Positions 40,013-53,105 of a DNA stretch of 64,000 nt are shown in pieces. A program made the translations under genes and the position numbers. Numbering within the stretch: the stretch's first letter is position 1; each line of letters starts with the position of its first letter. A model generated the notes under the pieces. It made no database searches. It was not told the DNA's origin and worked only from the letters and a program-made list of their open reading frames with translations. This DNA comes from Balanoglossus misakiensis (lineage: Eukaryota > Animalia > Hemichordata): the NCBI GenBank assembly GCA_040954595.2, contig CM082577.2, positions 19,814,303 to 19,878,302 of the forward strand. The letters are read 5' to 3'.

Positions 40013-40066
40013 TCAACTATTCCAGGAGGAGGAACCACCAACACCACTTGTCACAGTGGCAGGAAG
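40013..40066 (+). CDS. QRICH2: QRICH2-like exon: QLFQEEEPPTPLVTVAG
   Basis: ttcctccag acceptor, AG|gtatgt donor, 54 nt phase 2/2. Confidence 0.82.
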
Positions 40067-40690
40067 GTATGTCCATTACTATCATATGTTGCTGTTGTAT
40101 TTGCACAATTTTGAAAATTGAACCCAAAGGTGTTCAGACTTTCTTTGCCATGTCTCTATGTTGTTGACAGTAACTAATTACTTTAACAAGCACAGGCTTT
40201 GTTGTTATTAAAACCACATCATAACCCTTCATTATGTCTTCATGCTCGTAAATGCCTATTTTCCTCAGTGCATACATGCATGGCTTGTTATGGATTACTG
40301 TGTACATGTGGGGTCCGTACAGGTGTATGTATATATATACAAAATCATCCATGTCGACCCACATACGAAATGAAATCACCCGAACTATATGATTTGTTCA
40401 TCTACACACTCGAGAACAAACAAAAAATTAACTGAAAGACTCAATGAGAAGATTAGTTGAATCATTTGCTTGACAATCGTTACACCAATGTAGTGTGAAA
40501 CTCTGAATAGCGAGAAAGTTTTGATTCCTAACTTGCTTTTCCATGTATATGGTACATGCTCTGTCACTGGGAGCTCTATAGTTTACATAGTGAATCCTAT
40601 ACTGTTAGATAAGTCTAGAATCCAGCCTTGTGTGTTTCTTTCATTTGCTCACTCCACACATAGTCTAGCGTTTTCCACTAACATTCCTTG

Positions 40691-40900
40691 ATACATTGGC
40701 TATTTACATGTGAAAGGACTCTAACCATGGCAACTCAGATCACTGATATCGAGCAACACTCATGCTCATATGCAGCCAATCAGTAGTAGATAAGGTTATA
40801 ATTGACTTCTGAGAGGTCATGAGGGTGAGCAGTGACCTGAATTGCCATGGTTAATAGCATCCTTTGACATGCAAATAGCCCGAGCAAATAGCCAATGTAT
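40691..40900. repeat. Small foldback element
   Basis: Arms ATACATTGGCTATTT...AACCATGGCAA.TCAG.TCACTG and their reverse complement. Confidence 0.55.
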
Positions 40901-40903
40901 TAA

Positions 40904-43900
40904 GTTTTAGGTCCCATTAATACCCATATACCATGGGACCTTATGGGCTCGGGTGTGTCTGTATGGATGGATGGATGGATGGATGGATGTATGTATGTCT
41001 ATATCTGTGATAAAATTGAAGAAAGTACCCTATATTTTCTGTAAAATATACATTTAATTGGCATGCCATCCAGCATCAATTATTAAACCCCGGTGTGGAA
41101 AGACTGGGTCTTCGGATTAACGTGTGTTTGTATAGTTGTTTATTTGGGAGTGGTCGTCGTCCCTAACGACTGTATAACTAACGGTCAGAAGCGTTGGTAG
41201 TTTATCTGCGTAATCTGTTTGACCAGGTGGGCTAATCGCAGTATTTCTCTGAAAGTCGTGGAACTTGAGTCATCTGTTTTTTTTAATCGTTTAGGGGGGG
41301 GGGGGTTCACTTAAATTTTGAAGTCCAAAAGGGGGGGGGGGGGGTCATCTGTTTTTTTGAAACGTTTAGGGGGGGGTCACATACTTTTGCCACCGAACTT
41401 TTGCTTTTGAGTCCACAAAATTGCAGTTTCGCACCCTTTATTTTAACAAAATTTTCTAATGTGGGAGAGGGACACCCCCTCCCACACCCACCCCTTCATT
41501 CTACGCCACATTTCATTTTTTGCTGGTTTGTATCAGTCTGGTCACCAGTGGCAAATTGCACAGCAGGGGATTATGCAATGCAAACACTTGAACTGGCCGG
41601 TAATGTTTGAATTCCTCATTTGCATACACTTTTTCAACTTTTTTCAGAACGAAAGTTTAGCGACTTGCAACCCATTTCTGACAATTATTTCATCCCAGGC
41701 ACATTACTGGTACTATGAGTGTACTACATGTGATTTTTCATGAAGTTTTATCAAGAAGAATTTCTTTACTTCCACTGACAAAATTGTGATCACGAAATTC
41801 AAAGTGACCTTGAAGTTAAAAAAAAAAAATATCTGCCATACCCACACAAAAATTAACCCCCTCAGGTTTTAGAAACATTATTAAACTCCTCTATTCATAA
41901 TTTTGACATGAATATATCCATGCCGTAGGTCAAGGACCACAATTTACAGTGCCATAGTAGACAGTGACAGGTCAGTCAGCGTGGGGATAGTGAATTGACT
42001 CCGTATGTAATATGCTAATGACAGTTAACTTAGCGTTGAAAAGGAAGCCATTACGTCTTAGGTCAACATGCCTTGACCTAGTTCAGTGGTATACATATGG
42101 TATACACGGCTCTACTCGTCGATGGCGAAGGCAATTTTTACACCGTCATTACTCCACAACGGAGCGGCTCACAACATTATAATTTCACGGTAACTTAGTT
42201 CAATATCTTCCTAACCTACCCATTTTTTTTCAAGACAAGAAATCTTTTCCGTGAGTCAGGGACCACAATTTCAATCAACATACCGAAACTGTCTTTCTCG
42301 GGAACGCATCGTTAAAACTTCACGAAAAATCATCCTATCATTGACTGTGGTGTTTCATACACGTCTTAGAAAAATGGATGCACTACGATCACTTGTAGTA
42401 CCGAAAATCTCCGTTTGAAATTTTTTCGAACCGGCCGTAACTGCCACTCAGTGACGTTCACATTCAAATAGATCTCTTTGATCTCGCCGCCTTAATGAGC
42501 CTACTTGAAACCAGACTGGTATAGTTACCAGGGTAGAGTGCTTGCTACCCCAACCCAACCGATGATAATATTTAACAAAGTAGATACATAATGGAGAATA
42601 CCTGGTAATCGTTTAAACCATTTCGCATAACTGATAGATTCGCGCTGCATCTTCTATATACTAGAAGTTTTATAAATGATGTCATGACGAAGATGACACC
42701 AAATCTTCTAACTTTGAGTGGAGTGGCAAAAAGTAAAATTGGTCCTCCCAAACATTGAGATAATTTAATTTAAAATGCAACTTTGACACCCCTCCCACAC
42801 CCACCCCCTCCATTCTTTGCCACATTTCATTTATTCGCTGGTTTTTCTAGTGTACCAGGGCAGACTTCTTGCCACCCCAACCCGATGCTTACTTTGAGTG
42901 GAGTGGCAAAATTAAAATTTGTCCTGCCTAACATTGAGTTAATTTACTTTTGAGTTCATTAAAATGCAATTTTACAAAATACGGTGATATTTCACTCTAA
43001 ACGTCATCATTTCTTGCGCTGATACCCGATACAGGGCCCGGGTACGGTTTCATGAGATTTGTTATACCTTTAGTCAACATCGAAAGTCATGGGGTTACGA
43101 TGGCCACGGATATGGTTTATAAATAAAAGCTTATCTTGTGTGATTGATTTGGAAAAAACGATTGTTAGTTACCTATTCAACAAAGAATCATGGAACGTGA
43201 GAGTACTACGACTGTGTGGCTTTGGCCGTAGGGCCACCTGCACAGAACAAACACCAATGTCAGAAAGCTTCTGTTACTGTTTACAAGGAGTTAGAACCCC
43301 CAACTGAGACTGTACTCTACATGTTTACATAACTTTTAGGCCAGCTGTTACAGCAATGACCAGTTAAAACATAGACCCTAGAGAAAGAAGGACGCGCAAC
43401 TGCGGCATAGATCAAAGGGTTTGGGGATTAGCTGTATGATGATGTTCTTTTGCATATAATTAACACCTAAGACAGTTGGACAATGACTTCCTTACTTCGG
43501 CACGTGTCGACCCCACCAGTGATGCGAAAACTTGTCACCAAACTGGCACTCCTGTATTTCAGCAGCCACTGCGTTTTTTTTCTAAAATTCAAAAAGTATT
43601 ACGTTGTCTGTGCTAATTATTATGGTTTGGTGTTCGTCTGTCGGTTGAACGGTCATTTCTAGTGCCACAAGCTTCATTTAAAAATTGTAAACAAATCATC
43701 CATGTTTTTTGCATGTCCGACAGGGCACTCATATTTCTTGGTAATGCTCACACTTTTCGTAATAATTTTATGTTTATGTGACGCATTGAAACAAAAATTG
43801 TGGTTTAGGGGCATTTTATTTCGCAGTGCGTGAACAATAAAACAGATTTCACGAAAACAATTTGTAAACAAACTGGGTGGATTTTCACGTGTGCGCTATG

Positions 43901-44475
43901 GCCGCCATCTTGGTTTCTCATGGTTGACGACGGCAGGCAACCCTCGGTAAGGTTAGCTCACAGCCTTGTCAAATACCGGGACTGTTAAACAAAAGATGCT
44001 TGTTTTGGACGCTGTCAGACTCAGAAGTGCCAAATTCGTGTTTAACTCGTCCAGATGTGTTCCATAAATGATCGCTGCAGTTCAACCACGTTGCAGTTTT
44101 CTCGTTTTCTGCGAGATGTTCTGAGGTGTTTGTGATAACTTCACGCAAAACGTGAGACTTTGCGTTAGTTTATACATAGTTTATTTGCAAATTGCTTCGG
44201 TATTGTCCTCGACGCTGCGCGTCTCGGACAATACCTCCACTGTACGATGTACTTGGATATAAATCCCGGTATTTTGTGAATAACCTTACGGTATATGATA
44301 ATAATAATAAGATTGCCATGACACATTTGGCATGTTTCTTGTTAATTTTTTTTTACATTTCCGTATTTATATATGGGATTTGCTTGCCTATGTCACATGT
44401 GATTTTTATTCTGGTGTATACCTATTTCTGTTTTATCCTCAAATGGGACCACAGTGTCATTGACGCTATGTTTTT
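40904..44475 (+). mobile_element. Helentron family A copy fragmented by nested insertions
   Basis: 5' end at 40904-41005, internal match at 43320-43365 and 3' end at 44311-44475, all matching the 28326 copy. Confidence 0.55.
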
Positions 44476-45599
44476 AAATGTTGGAGGAAAATACTAGACA
44501 GTGTGGAGTGAGCAAAGCGAACAAACACACAAGTCTGGATTCTAAATTTCCGGGGAGGTATAAAGTAGTGGACTACTGTGAATTAACTTCAGGGTGCCGT
44601 AACAAATGCTGATGGGCGATACATGTTCATAAGGAGTACAAAAGTTGCAAATACGAATACAAATCACAAATGGAATGTTATGAGTTCACAATGGGGGGAG
44701 ACCATGAATTGAAAATGATGAGGTCACATGTTGAAAATACAACTTTGAGAGTTGCAAATGCTGTGTATGTTTTGATAATTAAACACATGCACCTGCATTT
44801 GTAGAATAATTTCAAATCTTATTATAATCTGGATGAATTATAGGAATAATTACAGTAGTTTGTTTGAATGATAATTCCTGTGAAAATGTTACATTTGAGA
44901 TATACAGAGGTGAGGGTACAGACTATTTATCCACTAATATAATTTATGCTGTATGTACAATAAATGTTGTTGTTTGAAAGTGCCGTACCATCCTATATAT
45001 ATATGGTATCTAAAAGTTAATTTTTTGTGTGTTTATTGCCTGTGTTGTTGCATTTAACAAACTGACAATTAAAGAGACAAAATGGCTAACTTTTGAAATT
45101 TTGTTTTGTTATTTTAATTGGTATTGAATGCTTATTTATGTTGTTCTGATCCTGAAACATTCAAAATGACCTGTTTTCATGGCTTTATTCACAACCTGTA
45201 CATGGACATTACACATGAATAACTTCCATCATTTAATTTTTGGTCATTTTTTGCAGACATTCTCATGTGTAGCCATGTATGAAGTGTGGGTTGAGTTGTG
45301 ACATCTGGTTGTCAAGCATGTTTCTGTGTGCAGAATAACAGAGCCCATCAAAAGAAGTAAAAATAACCAAAATAATGTCTGAAATATTGCATAACACTTG
45401 GCAAAGCATGTTTTTTTCCACAGTGTCAAAATTAAGTTAACGATATTCTTTGTTTTACTAATAGCATACCCCTGGTATGTGTCGATGAAAAGGAAGGCAC
45501 AGTTCATCATGGTCAGTTTCAGAAACTACCCCAGGGAAGCCAAATCTGGTGTTCTCATTTTCATCTCATTCCATTTTTTTCCGTCTGATTGCTAAATAG

Positions 45600-45708
45600 A
45601 ATTGAGACTGAAATCCAAGGGGCAGATGGACATATCTACAAAGGTCGTGTTGATTCAGGTGATACCAGCGGTAAGCTGCCTGCATTGCCCGGACAACAAG
45701 TGCCAAAG
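45600..45708 (+). CDS. QRICH2: QRICH2-like exon: IETEIQGADGHIYKGRVDSGDTSGKLPALPGQQVPK
   Basis: aaatag acceptor, AAG|gtaaat donor, phase 2 to 0; GxDGHIYKGR C-terminal family motif. Confidence 0.93.
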
Positions 45709-45729
45709 GTAAATGGTATCCTGATGATC

Positions 45730-45820
45730 TGTGTGTGTGTGTACGTGCGTGCGTGCGTGCGTGTGTGCGTTAATGTTTTGTGTGCATGCATGTGTGTGTG
45801 ACTGACTGTGTGTGTGTGTG
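45730..45820. repeat. (GT)n/(GCGT)n microsatellite
   Basis: Read directly. Confidence 0.85.
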
Positions 45821-46346
45821 TTCAATTTTTGAGAGATATGCAGGGGTTAATATTGACAGACTATTGTGAAAAGCATATTTCCTCAAAGGAATGTAAGTTA
45901 CCAGAAATGCCTGCTATTTCTTGCGGTCCTAGGCAGAGAAAATTTGATTGCACTACTGGTAATAAACTTGTGCTTATAGCCTGAGTAAATGTCAGGTTAT
46001 TTCATGCTTGTGCTGCTATGATAGAGCATACATAGACACATGTCATCTGGGTAAAAGTTGCAGAGCCCCAGGACATGGAGTAGCTTACTGATTATGCAAT
46101 TGCATGCAAAGGTTCATAGCTGATTTACCCGTAACAATGACTGCATTCTGGACAGTAACAATTATACAATTGTGGCCAGTTTAAAAGCTGATCCCATATG
46201 CCATTCATTTTCCCCACATACAATGTATTACGGTAGTACCAGTGAATGTTTACACTGTTGTTGAGCTGTTTTTATTCCTAGAATTACATATGCTTACTGT
46301 GCCAAATAATCACTGGTTATTAAATTGTCTTGGATTTTTTTGGCAG

Positions 46347-46703
46347 ACACCTGTAAAATCAGCACGTACGCCACGTCCAACAAGCAGTGGTAGGGGAGGA
46401 CGCAAAGTGATCACTCCAGCTCCAAGTACTAGCGCTGCAGAGCAACAGATAGAGCAAGCTTCTGGAAGACCACTGTCAGCAAGGCCAGCTTCCCGTCAAG
46501 GTTCTCGTCCTACATCAGCTCGACCAAGCTCTGCTAAACCAGCTGGGCAGCAAGGAACCCGAACTCCACCTCCAGATGGCGCTGTTCCTGCCCACCAAAC
46601 ACCGCCCGCAACAGTTGAAGTACCCCAAGCTGTTGCCGATACAGAATCTGATCAACCTGCAGCAGACCAACCAAGAAAGACATCACCTCAGCCTGTTGAT
46701 TAA
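46347..46703 (+). CDS. QRICH2: Terminal coding exon, S/P/R/A-rich disordered tail (TPVKSARTPRP...SPQPVD*)
   Basis: ttttttggcag acceptor, phase 0, stop TAA 46701-46703, followed by an AT-rich 3' UTR-like sequence. Confidence 0.88.
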   Translation, partial: TPVKSARTPRPTSSGRGGRKVITPAPSTSAAEQQIEQASGRPLSARPASRQGSRPTSARPSSAKPAGQQGTRTPPPDGAVPAHQTPPATVEVPQAVADTESDQPAADQPRKTSPQPVD

Positions 46704-47081
46704 AAGCAAATTTATCTGTTGATGCAAAAATAATTTACAAATATTCAATATCGTTCCTGTTGAACATTTAGTTATTTTGCTATGCATCTATCTATCTATA
46801 CCGTCCTTGGAATTTTATATCAGAGAAAAAATATATATTCTATGTTATTTCACTGGCTGATAGGAACAGCATGGTATTTTTCACAGAGTCACTGGACGTT
46901 TTAGAAATAATGAAATTAGTAAATGAAATGCTGCTTACAGGAGTTAAACATATATTGTGTATTGTGTTTACATGCAGGCTTTGTTTTCTGGTAAACAGGT
47001 CATTGCCCTCTTAGGAAAAGCTGGAAACGTGTCAAATATGTACATTTAGTCAAAGACTGAGAAGGTTTCCAAGCTACCTAC

Positions 47082-47878
47082 AATAAATGTACTTGTAAAA
47101 ATTTATATAAATTGCATTGATTTTTAGAGATTATACTGTGAAGTATTTAAAGTAGAATGATTAGTTTAAAATTTCTGTGGTGAAAGGTGACTTTTAAAAG
47201 ATGTATTGATGAAAATCATTGAACCCATTAATTTAAGCATTTTGTTTTCATTTACAGAAATTGCAAAACAAAATGTCAACTGCGCTACCACTATGTCAGT
47301 CCCATTTCATCTTGCAGACTCATAATTTACATTAGTACTATTGTGTCATAATATAGGTAAATATTGCTTCAGGATCCTTGACAAACATCGATTTTGCAAT
47401 GAAATTCATTTATACGTTAGGCAGGGTACCAAATATGATTAGCATATCATTAGACCAGCCAATCTTGCAGACTCTCTTTGAGGAACATTTGTCAGTATGG
47501 TTTTTAATTGGCCTAATATGGAATTTAAAATACTAGTAATTGAAAAACAAAACAAAATGCACGAATGTATAAATACATGTAAATATATAAAAAGATTGAA
47601 TTGTACTGCTGATATGGATGCATATCCCTCAAGATGATATAGTTGATAGATGCCAGGTTTATGTTTTTACTAAAGTCTTTCAACAAGATATATATTACCA
47701 CGTTTGTGTTGAATTGTGTCTTGAAAGATTGCTCAATTCTGTTAGCAGCCAAGTTTTATATAAAAATCAATTTTATTAAAAGCTTTGGTGTACATTTCAT
47801 TAGAAATATATGAATCTTGTAAATGATTATTTTCCTGTACAATTGTGTAAAATTGCAAAATTAGGCAAGTTTAATAAA
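47082..47878 (+). terminator. Candidate polyadenylation signals AATAAA at 47082 and 47873
   Basis: Hexamers in the AT-rich stretch after the stop codon; usage unknown. Confidence 0.35.
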
Positions 47879-48208
47879 CTATGAAAAATATATCTTAAGA
47901 AATAATGCACATTGAGTGCAATCGATAAAAGTTTAATGAATTTTACGAAAAAGCTATAAAACTTTGAAGTATGTTTTCTACACTAATGCACTTTCAACTC
48001 ACATTTACTGAATTTAGATACCTAATATGGTGTTGAAGTGGATCATTGTGTTTGTCACTGCTGTGGCATAGAGCAGCACCTTTCTGTATGGATATTGATA
48101 AAGTTGAGTGCCTTACTAGCCTGAAACAGACCAGGGTTTCATTCAGGATGTAAAATACAGGAATTTTGTCCCATATTCCCTCTATTTTAACCCTTTCACC
48201 ACCACATT

Positions 48209-49375
48209 TTAAGGTCCCATTTGGTTTATATGTATATATACCATGGGACCTTATGGGATTGGTTGCGTCTGTATGTATGGATGGATGGATGGCTGTCTGT
48301 ATGTGCGTCCACATCAAAAACCGCTGCGCGTATCACCTTGATATTTGGTGTGCAGATGCAGGCTGGGCTGTAGATAGGAGTTTGTTCAAATGAAGTTGTC
48401 ATTGCCAAAAATATGCAAATTAGCTGGAAAAATGTGAATTTGGTCAAAACTCAGTAACTCAAGAACTACTGGTCAGATTGCTTTGCAAAGTGGTGTGTAT
48501 TTACTTTATTGAGACCTTATATAGATTTTTTTCATGTTGTGGTGATATCAGAAAATGGCTAAATTTGGTGAATTTTTTTTTATCATTTTCCTCATTTTTA
48601 GTAAAATACATCTTCTTTTTTGAAACAACTTTCCAAATTCTTAAAAAATCATTTGAGGGTATGCAGAGGTGGTTTCTTTCATTTTTTTTCAAATCAAGGT
48701 GAAGAATTCAATGGTATATCATCGGGGTGATTTTTGCCACCTGGTCAAACTTTTTTCTCAGAACCCTCTACTCCCTTTGGTTTGAAATTTGATTTGAAGG
48801 TTCCTAGGTGTGTTCTCATGATGATTTTAATACAAAACCTATATTGAAGAAAGTGTCAATGACTTGTGGGGGCAATAGCTTGTATTTCTGGGGCATACTT
48901 TCCAATTTTGATAAAAAATATATTTCTCAGAAATTGTATGGCTGATTACTTTAAAATTTGAGTTGTAGGTTAATGGGATGGGCTTCTTTAGATTTATAAT
49001 GGAATCAAATCATGGGTAATTCAGAATTTTTATATCTTGTAGGAAATTTTGTCTTATACCACAAAATAATTTTATCTCAAGAAAAGAAATTACCCGTACA
49101 TAGTTCTTTGTTATTAGGGAGAAACCCCTCCTGGGAATTGTACACACAGCAAATTCCTGCATGTTTACACAACTGGCTAACTGTTAAAGAAACCAGCTGT
49201 TCTATTTAGTGTATGTACAGTACATATGCCATTGGCAGCTTATGGGTCAGTCAGTGCTTGCCCATTGATCTCTATATGTGTGTGTCTGTCTGTCTGTATA
49301 TGTACTCCGGTGACCGGTGTAGACTTTTTCTTGTGTAATCCCTAAATGGGACCACTGTGTCTTTGATGCAATTTT
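48209..49375 (+). mobile_element. Helentron/HINE family A copy
   Basis: Both ends near-identical to 4907-5500, with a longer interior. Confidence 0.8.
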
Positions 49376-50210
49376 TCTACATATCCATCGTTTTCTTGTG
49401 AAGTTGGACCTCTGCAAAGGGAAACAGAGGGATATATTCAAGGGGTTTTGAATTATTTTGAGGATTTGAAATTCTTTGTATAGGAAATTAAGCCATCTTC
49501 AAATCCAAATGTTTGGACAGAGAGGGACTTGGTTTGCCAAATTGTTTACGATTGTATCACACAAACCATGTACCTAGCCTGGATGAAACTCCAAAGACCA
49601 ATGATCATTTAACCATTGCACACATAAAATGCACAGGTCACCAAACGTATACCAAAACGGTATGTGTTTCTGCACTGTTTTCTAAATATGGAATTTGTGT
49701 CGCACATGAAATATGCAGTGCCTAAAATGATTTAAAATATATCGCAGTCCGTCCCAATGTGTGTCATCAGATTATAAAATACAATGTATGTAATTGTCAG
49801 CTCTGCCTTCTTACAAGTGGACATTATTACAAGTAGATTTATATCTTGCAATCTTGCTATCTATGGCTAGAAAGTGTGTCCTATGCTTGACAATAACTGT
49901 GTCTTTTGTTTCTGTAAGAATGTACGATCAGTAAATTTGAAAGTATCGTCATTTCTTTTAATTGTGGATTTTTGGTTGCTCATGTATATGTATAATGAAA
50001 ATCCATAATAAAATATTACCGTGCTCGTTCATGAAATACAAGTCGATAACTGAAAACAAATGCTGAGACAGCTGACAAAATCGCTGACAAGTGTGATCAA
50101 TGTGATCCCAGGTCCTCCAGGTGTGTGTGATTCTATTTCTCACACGACCACAAATTAAGTCAAATTCGCATGAGAAACATTGAACAATTGACTGTGTAAC
50201 TCATCTGCCA

Positions 50211-50993
50211 AGGCTGCATACACAAACACCTCTGGAGGATGGGGGAAGAATTCAATTTTTTTTACCGCTAATTTTCACATGCCCCCCATACACAACCGGA
50301 AATATTTTCAAATCCCCCCCTTCCGAACTACTAAAATTTTGAAATCCCCCCCCCCCCCATTTTCTTTCACAGAGCAAAACACATCACCTATCTATCTTGT
50401 AAAAAAGAAAAACAGTGCTTCCATGAAAAGAATTTGAAACTGATGTTTCCCCTCATCAGTATCAGTGGGTATTAAAACTGAACATTGTTTTTATTTTTTA
50501 AGTATTTGTATTCTGTGTTGGGAGACATTGTAAACCGAGAATTGAAGGGAGTGGGTGTGGGAGGGGGTGTCCCCCTCCTACGTAAGAAAATTTTATAAAA
50601 TACAGAGCTCAAAGCTGCATTTTAATGAACCCGGCAAAAGCAAATTAACTCAACTACCGGTATGTTGGGGAGGACAAATTTAACCGTCGCCGCTCAAAGT
50701 TATCATACGGTGGGGGCAAGTCCCCTGACCTGGGACACTAGACAAACCAGTCAATGATTGAAAGGTGTTGATGAATGGAGGGTGTGGGAGGGGGTGTCCC
50801 CCTCCCACATTAGAAAATTTTGTAAAATAAAGGGCGCGAAACTGCATTTTTGTGGACTCAAAATAAATATTTAGTCGTCAAAGTTTTCAAGTCCCCCCCC
50901 CTTTCAGTCCCTAAATTATTTCAAATCCCCCCCTTACATACCCTCAATTTTTTCAACCCCCCCCCCCTCCAGAGGTGTTTGTGAATGCAGCCC
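50211..50993. mobile_element. Poly-G/C MITE (Harbinger-like)
   Basis: TIR GGCTGCAT(A/T)CACAAACACCTCTGGAGG; core shared with 59284-60018. Confidence 0.75.
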
Positions 50994-53003
50994 AAGTAGT
51001 TCCTTTCTGTCCATGTATTACACATCGCGCCATTGGATAACATTTAGCATACGTCATAGTACGTTTTACCAGCCAAACAACACTCAAATTATATAGAGCT
51101 TTAGATCCTATGAACGTGGAATCAGTTTGTTCTCACACTCTCGATCTCACACTCCTAGGGGCCAGGAGGGTAAGAAAGAAAGATTCCTCATATTTTGCTG
51201 AACTCAAATGATTATGTAGTGAATTTTGCACCATCACTGATCTCTATAGCCATCACACTCTGACTGAAATGTAGATGAGGCTATATATGCCCTAAATCGA
51301 TCTTGTAAAATTTCTTGTAATTAGGACATAAGTGAAATCATAACGTAAGTTTGATGTATGTTTTTCAGAATTTGCTGCATGCAGTTTTATACCCACTCAG
51401 TGTGAATGACCTGTAGAAGTGTGATTGGATCTGACCATTTTAGCAGAAATTTGACATATAGTCAGAGTTGGTCATGAGTGTGACCAACACAATCATGCAC
51501 AATGTAACATGCAGTTTAAATGTGATAGAGGCAATTATTATGTCCCACTCTACATCAAGATTTTTGTCAAAATTCATAAAAGCACAAGTGACTTTTATCA
51601 CTGACACCATCCCACAGATCACCATGGACAAAAATTGACTTTCAATCTTTGCAATGTCCTATCTCAGTAATCTTTCCTCTTGTGTTTCTTGCAGTCAACT
51701 TTGTAACAAAATAACAATTTCCTTTTTTCTTATTTCTGTTTCTCAAGTATAAACTGTTTTACTGCAAACACAAAGACAGCAAGAGTTATCGTGTTATGTA
51801 TTCAAGTTGCAAGTTCTAATTAAAAGAAGGTTATTGTCACTACTTTGGTCTGTGACTTTGAATGCAAATCTTGCTGAAATGTACCTTTGTAATTAACAAT
51901 TCGTTATGTATTTGTACATGTGTTATACATTTGAAATTTACAGCTCCTCTTCAGTGCCTTAGATAGATTGTTTTTAAAGTTTGTCTTTAATCAAACATGA
52001 CTGATTTTTCGTTTTTGATTAATTTTCTTTTTATGTGCAGTGTTTGTTGTGCATGTGTGTGCTTGATCTTTGTGGAGTATTTCATGTTTGGCTGTTCCCA
52101 CCTTCACAGACTTTTCTTCCAAAATCAACGTTTTTACCACGTGTAAAAAAAACTGTTTTGGGTTCAAAGGAGTATTACTATCCAAGTTATTGCCAACTTT
52201 CACATAATTAGAAACTTTTGTAATGGTTTCCCTATCCATCCATTATCATGTACCCACAATTTTTCGAGTGCCAAGACATTTTTGGCTTCAGTTGTTTTAT
52301 TATGAAGACTTGATTACATTGTGCATATTTTGTATTCAAAATTATAAACTCTGTGTTACGTTAAGCTTCATATATTTGATGATTGAAGATCACTGATACT
52401 GGGAAGAAATAGCTGAGCATAGTTGTGTGAATGTGACACAGTTTGTGCCTGAAGGGCCATGACCAGAAAATGAATAAATGTGTTCCAGAAAGTAACTTGT
52501 TTTATTTTTCTAGCCTTCTCTGGCTGAATTTTGTTTTCATTGAAATTTGCTGGCAAACCAGAAACCAGTAGGTACTTTGCGGCTACAGTATATTTTCACA
52601 GATGGAGGGGATCAACCAGCTAGCCTCCACGGCCATACCTCGCGATGTACATAGCAAGTAGCAAAGAATTGTTGGTCAACTTCACTTTCACACTTGTTTT
52701 GGTGACATTTTATGTTTTTAAAGCCCCTACAACTTTTGAAAAATTATGACATTTCAAACTGTACTTATATTAACCCTGGAGATGTATGCACTGACGTATG
52801 AGTGCATATGCAACTTGAGTTTAACCAAATAAATAATAAAACTTTGCCTCAAAGGAATATGGTTACCACCATGGGAAAATGCAAAATGCAATGAAAATGT
52901 TGCATTTCCCACTATGAAACTTCATAAACAAAGCACGAAATACATGGAAGTAAATGTACTCCACTGAGACATTACATTTTTCATGCAGCAATGTTTAACA
53001 TAT

Positions 53004-53105
53004 TCGGTCCCATTTGGTATGTATAGATACCCTGGGACCTTATGGAATCAGTTGCATCTGTCTGTCTGTATGTATGTATGTATGCATGCATGCATGTATG
53101 TATGT
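53004..53105 (+). mobile_element. Helentron family A 5' end whose (GTAT)n tract received the Penelope insertion
   Basis: GGTCCC...GGGACCTTATGG head; (GTAT)n resumes at about 54027-54077. Confidence 0.6.

Noticed and set aside
41090-41280. Penelope-LTR-like or ribozyme-like segment
   Set aside because: I could not find a complete hammerhead core on either strand
46242-46346. N-terminal part of the 153-aa ORF
   Set aside because: Intronic read-through upstream of the acceptor at 46346
50440-50461. Minus-strand CTGATGAG..GAAA hammerhead-like motif (also near 59470-59489)
   Set aside because: Only GG separates the core halves, so stem II cannot form; it is a simple hairpin
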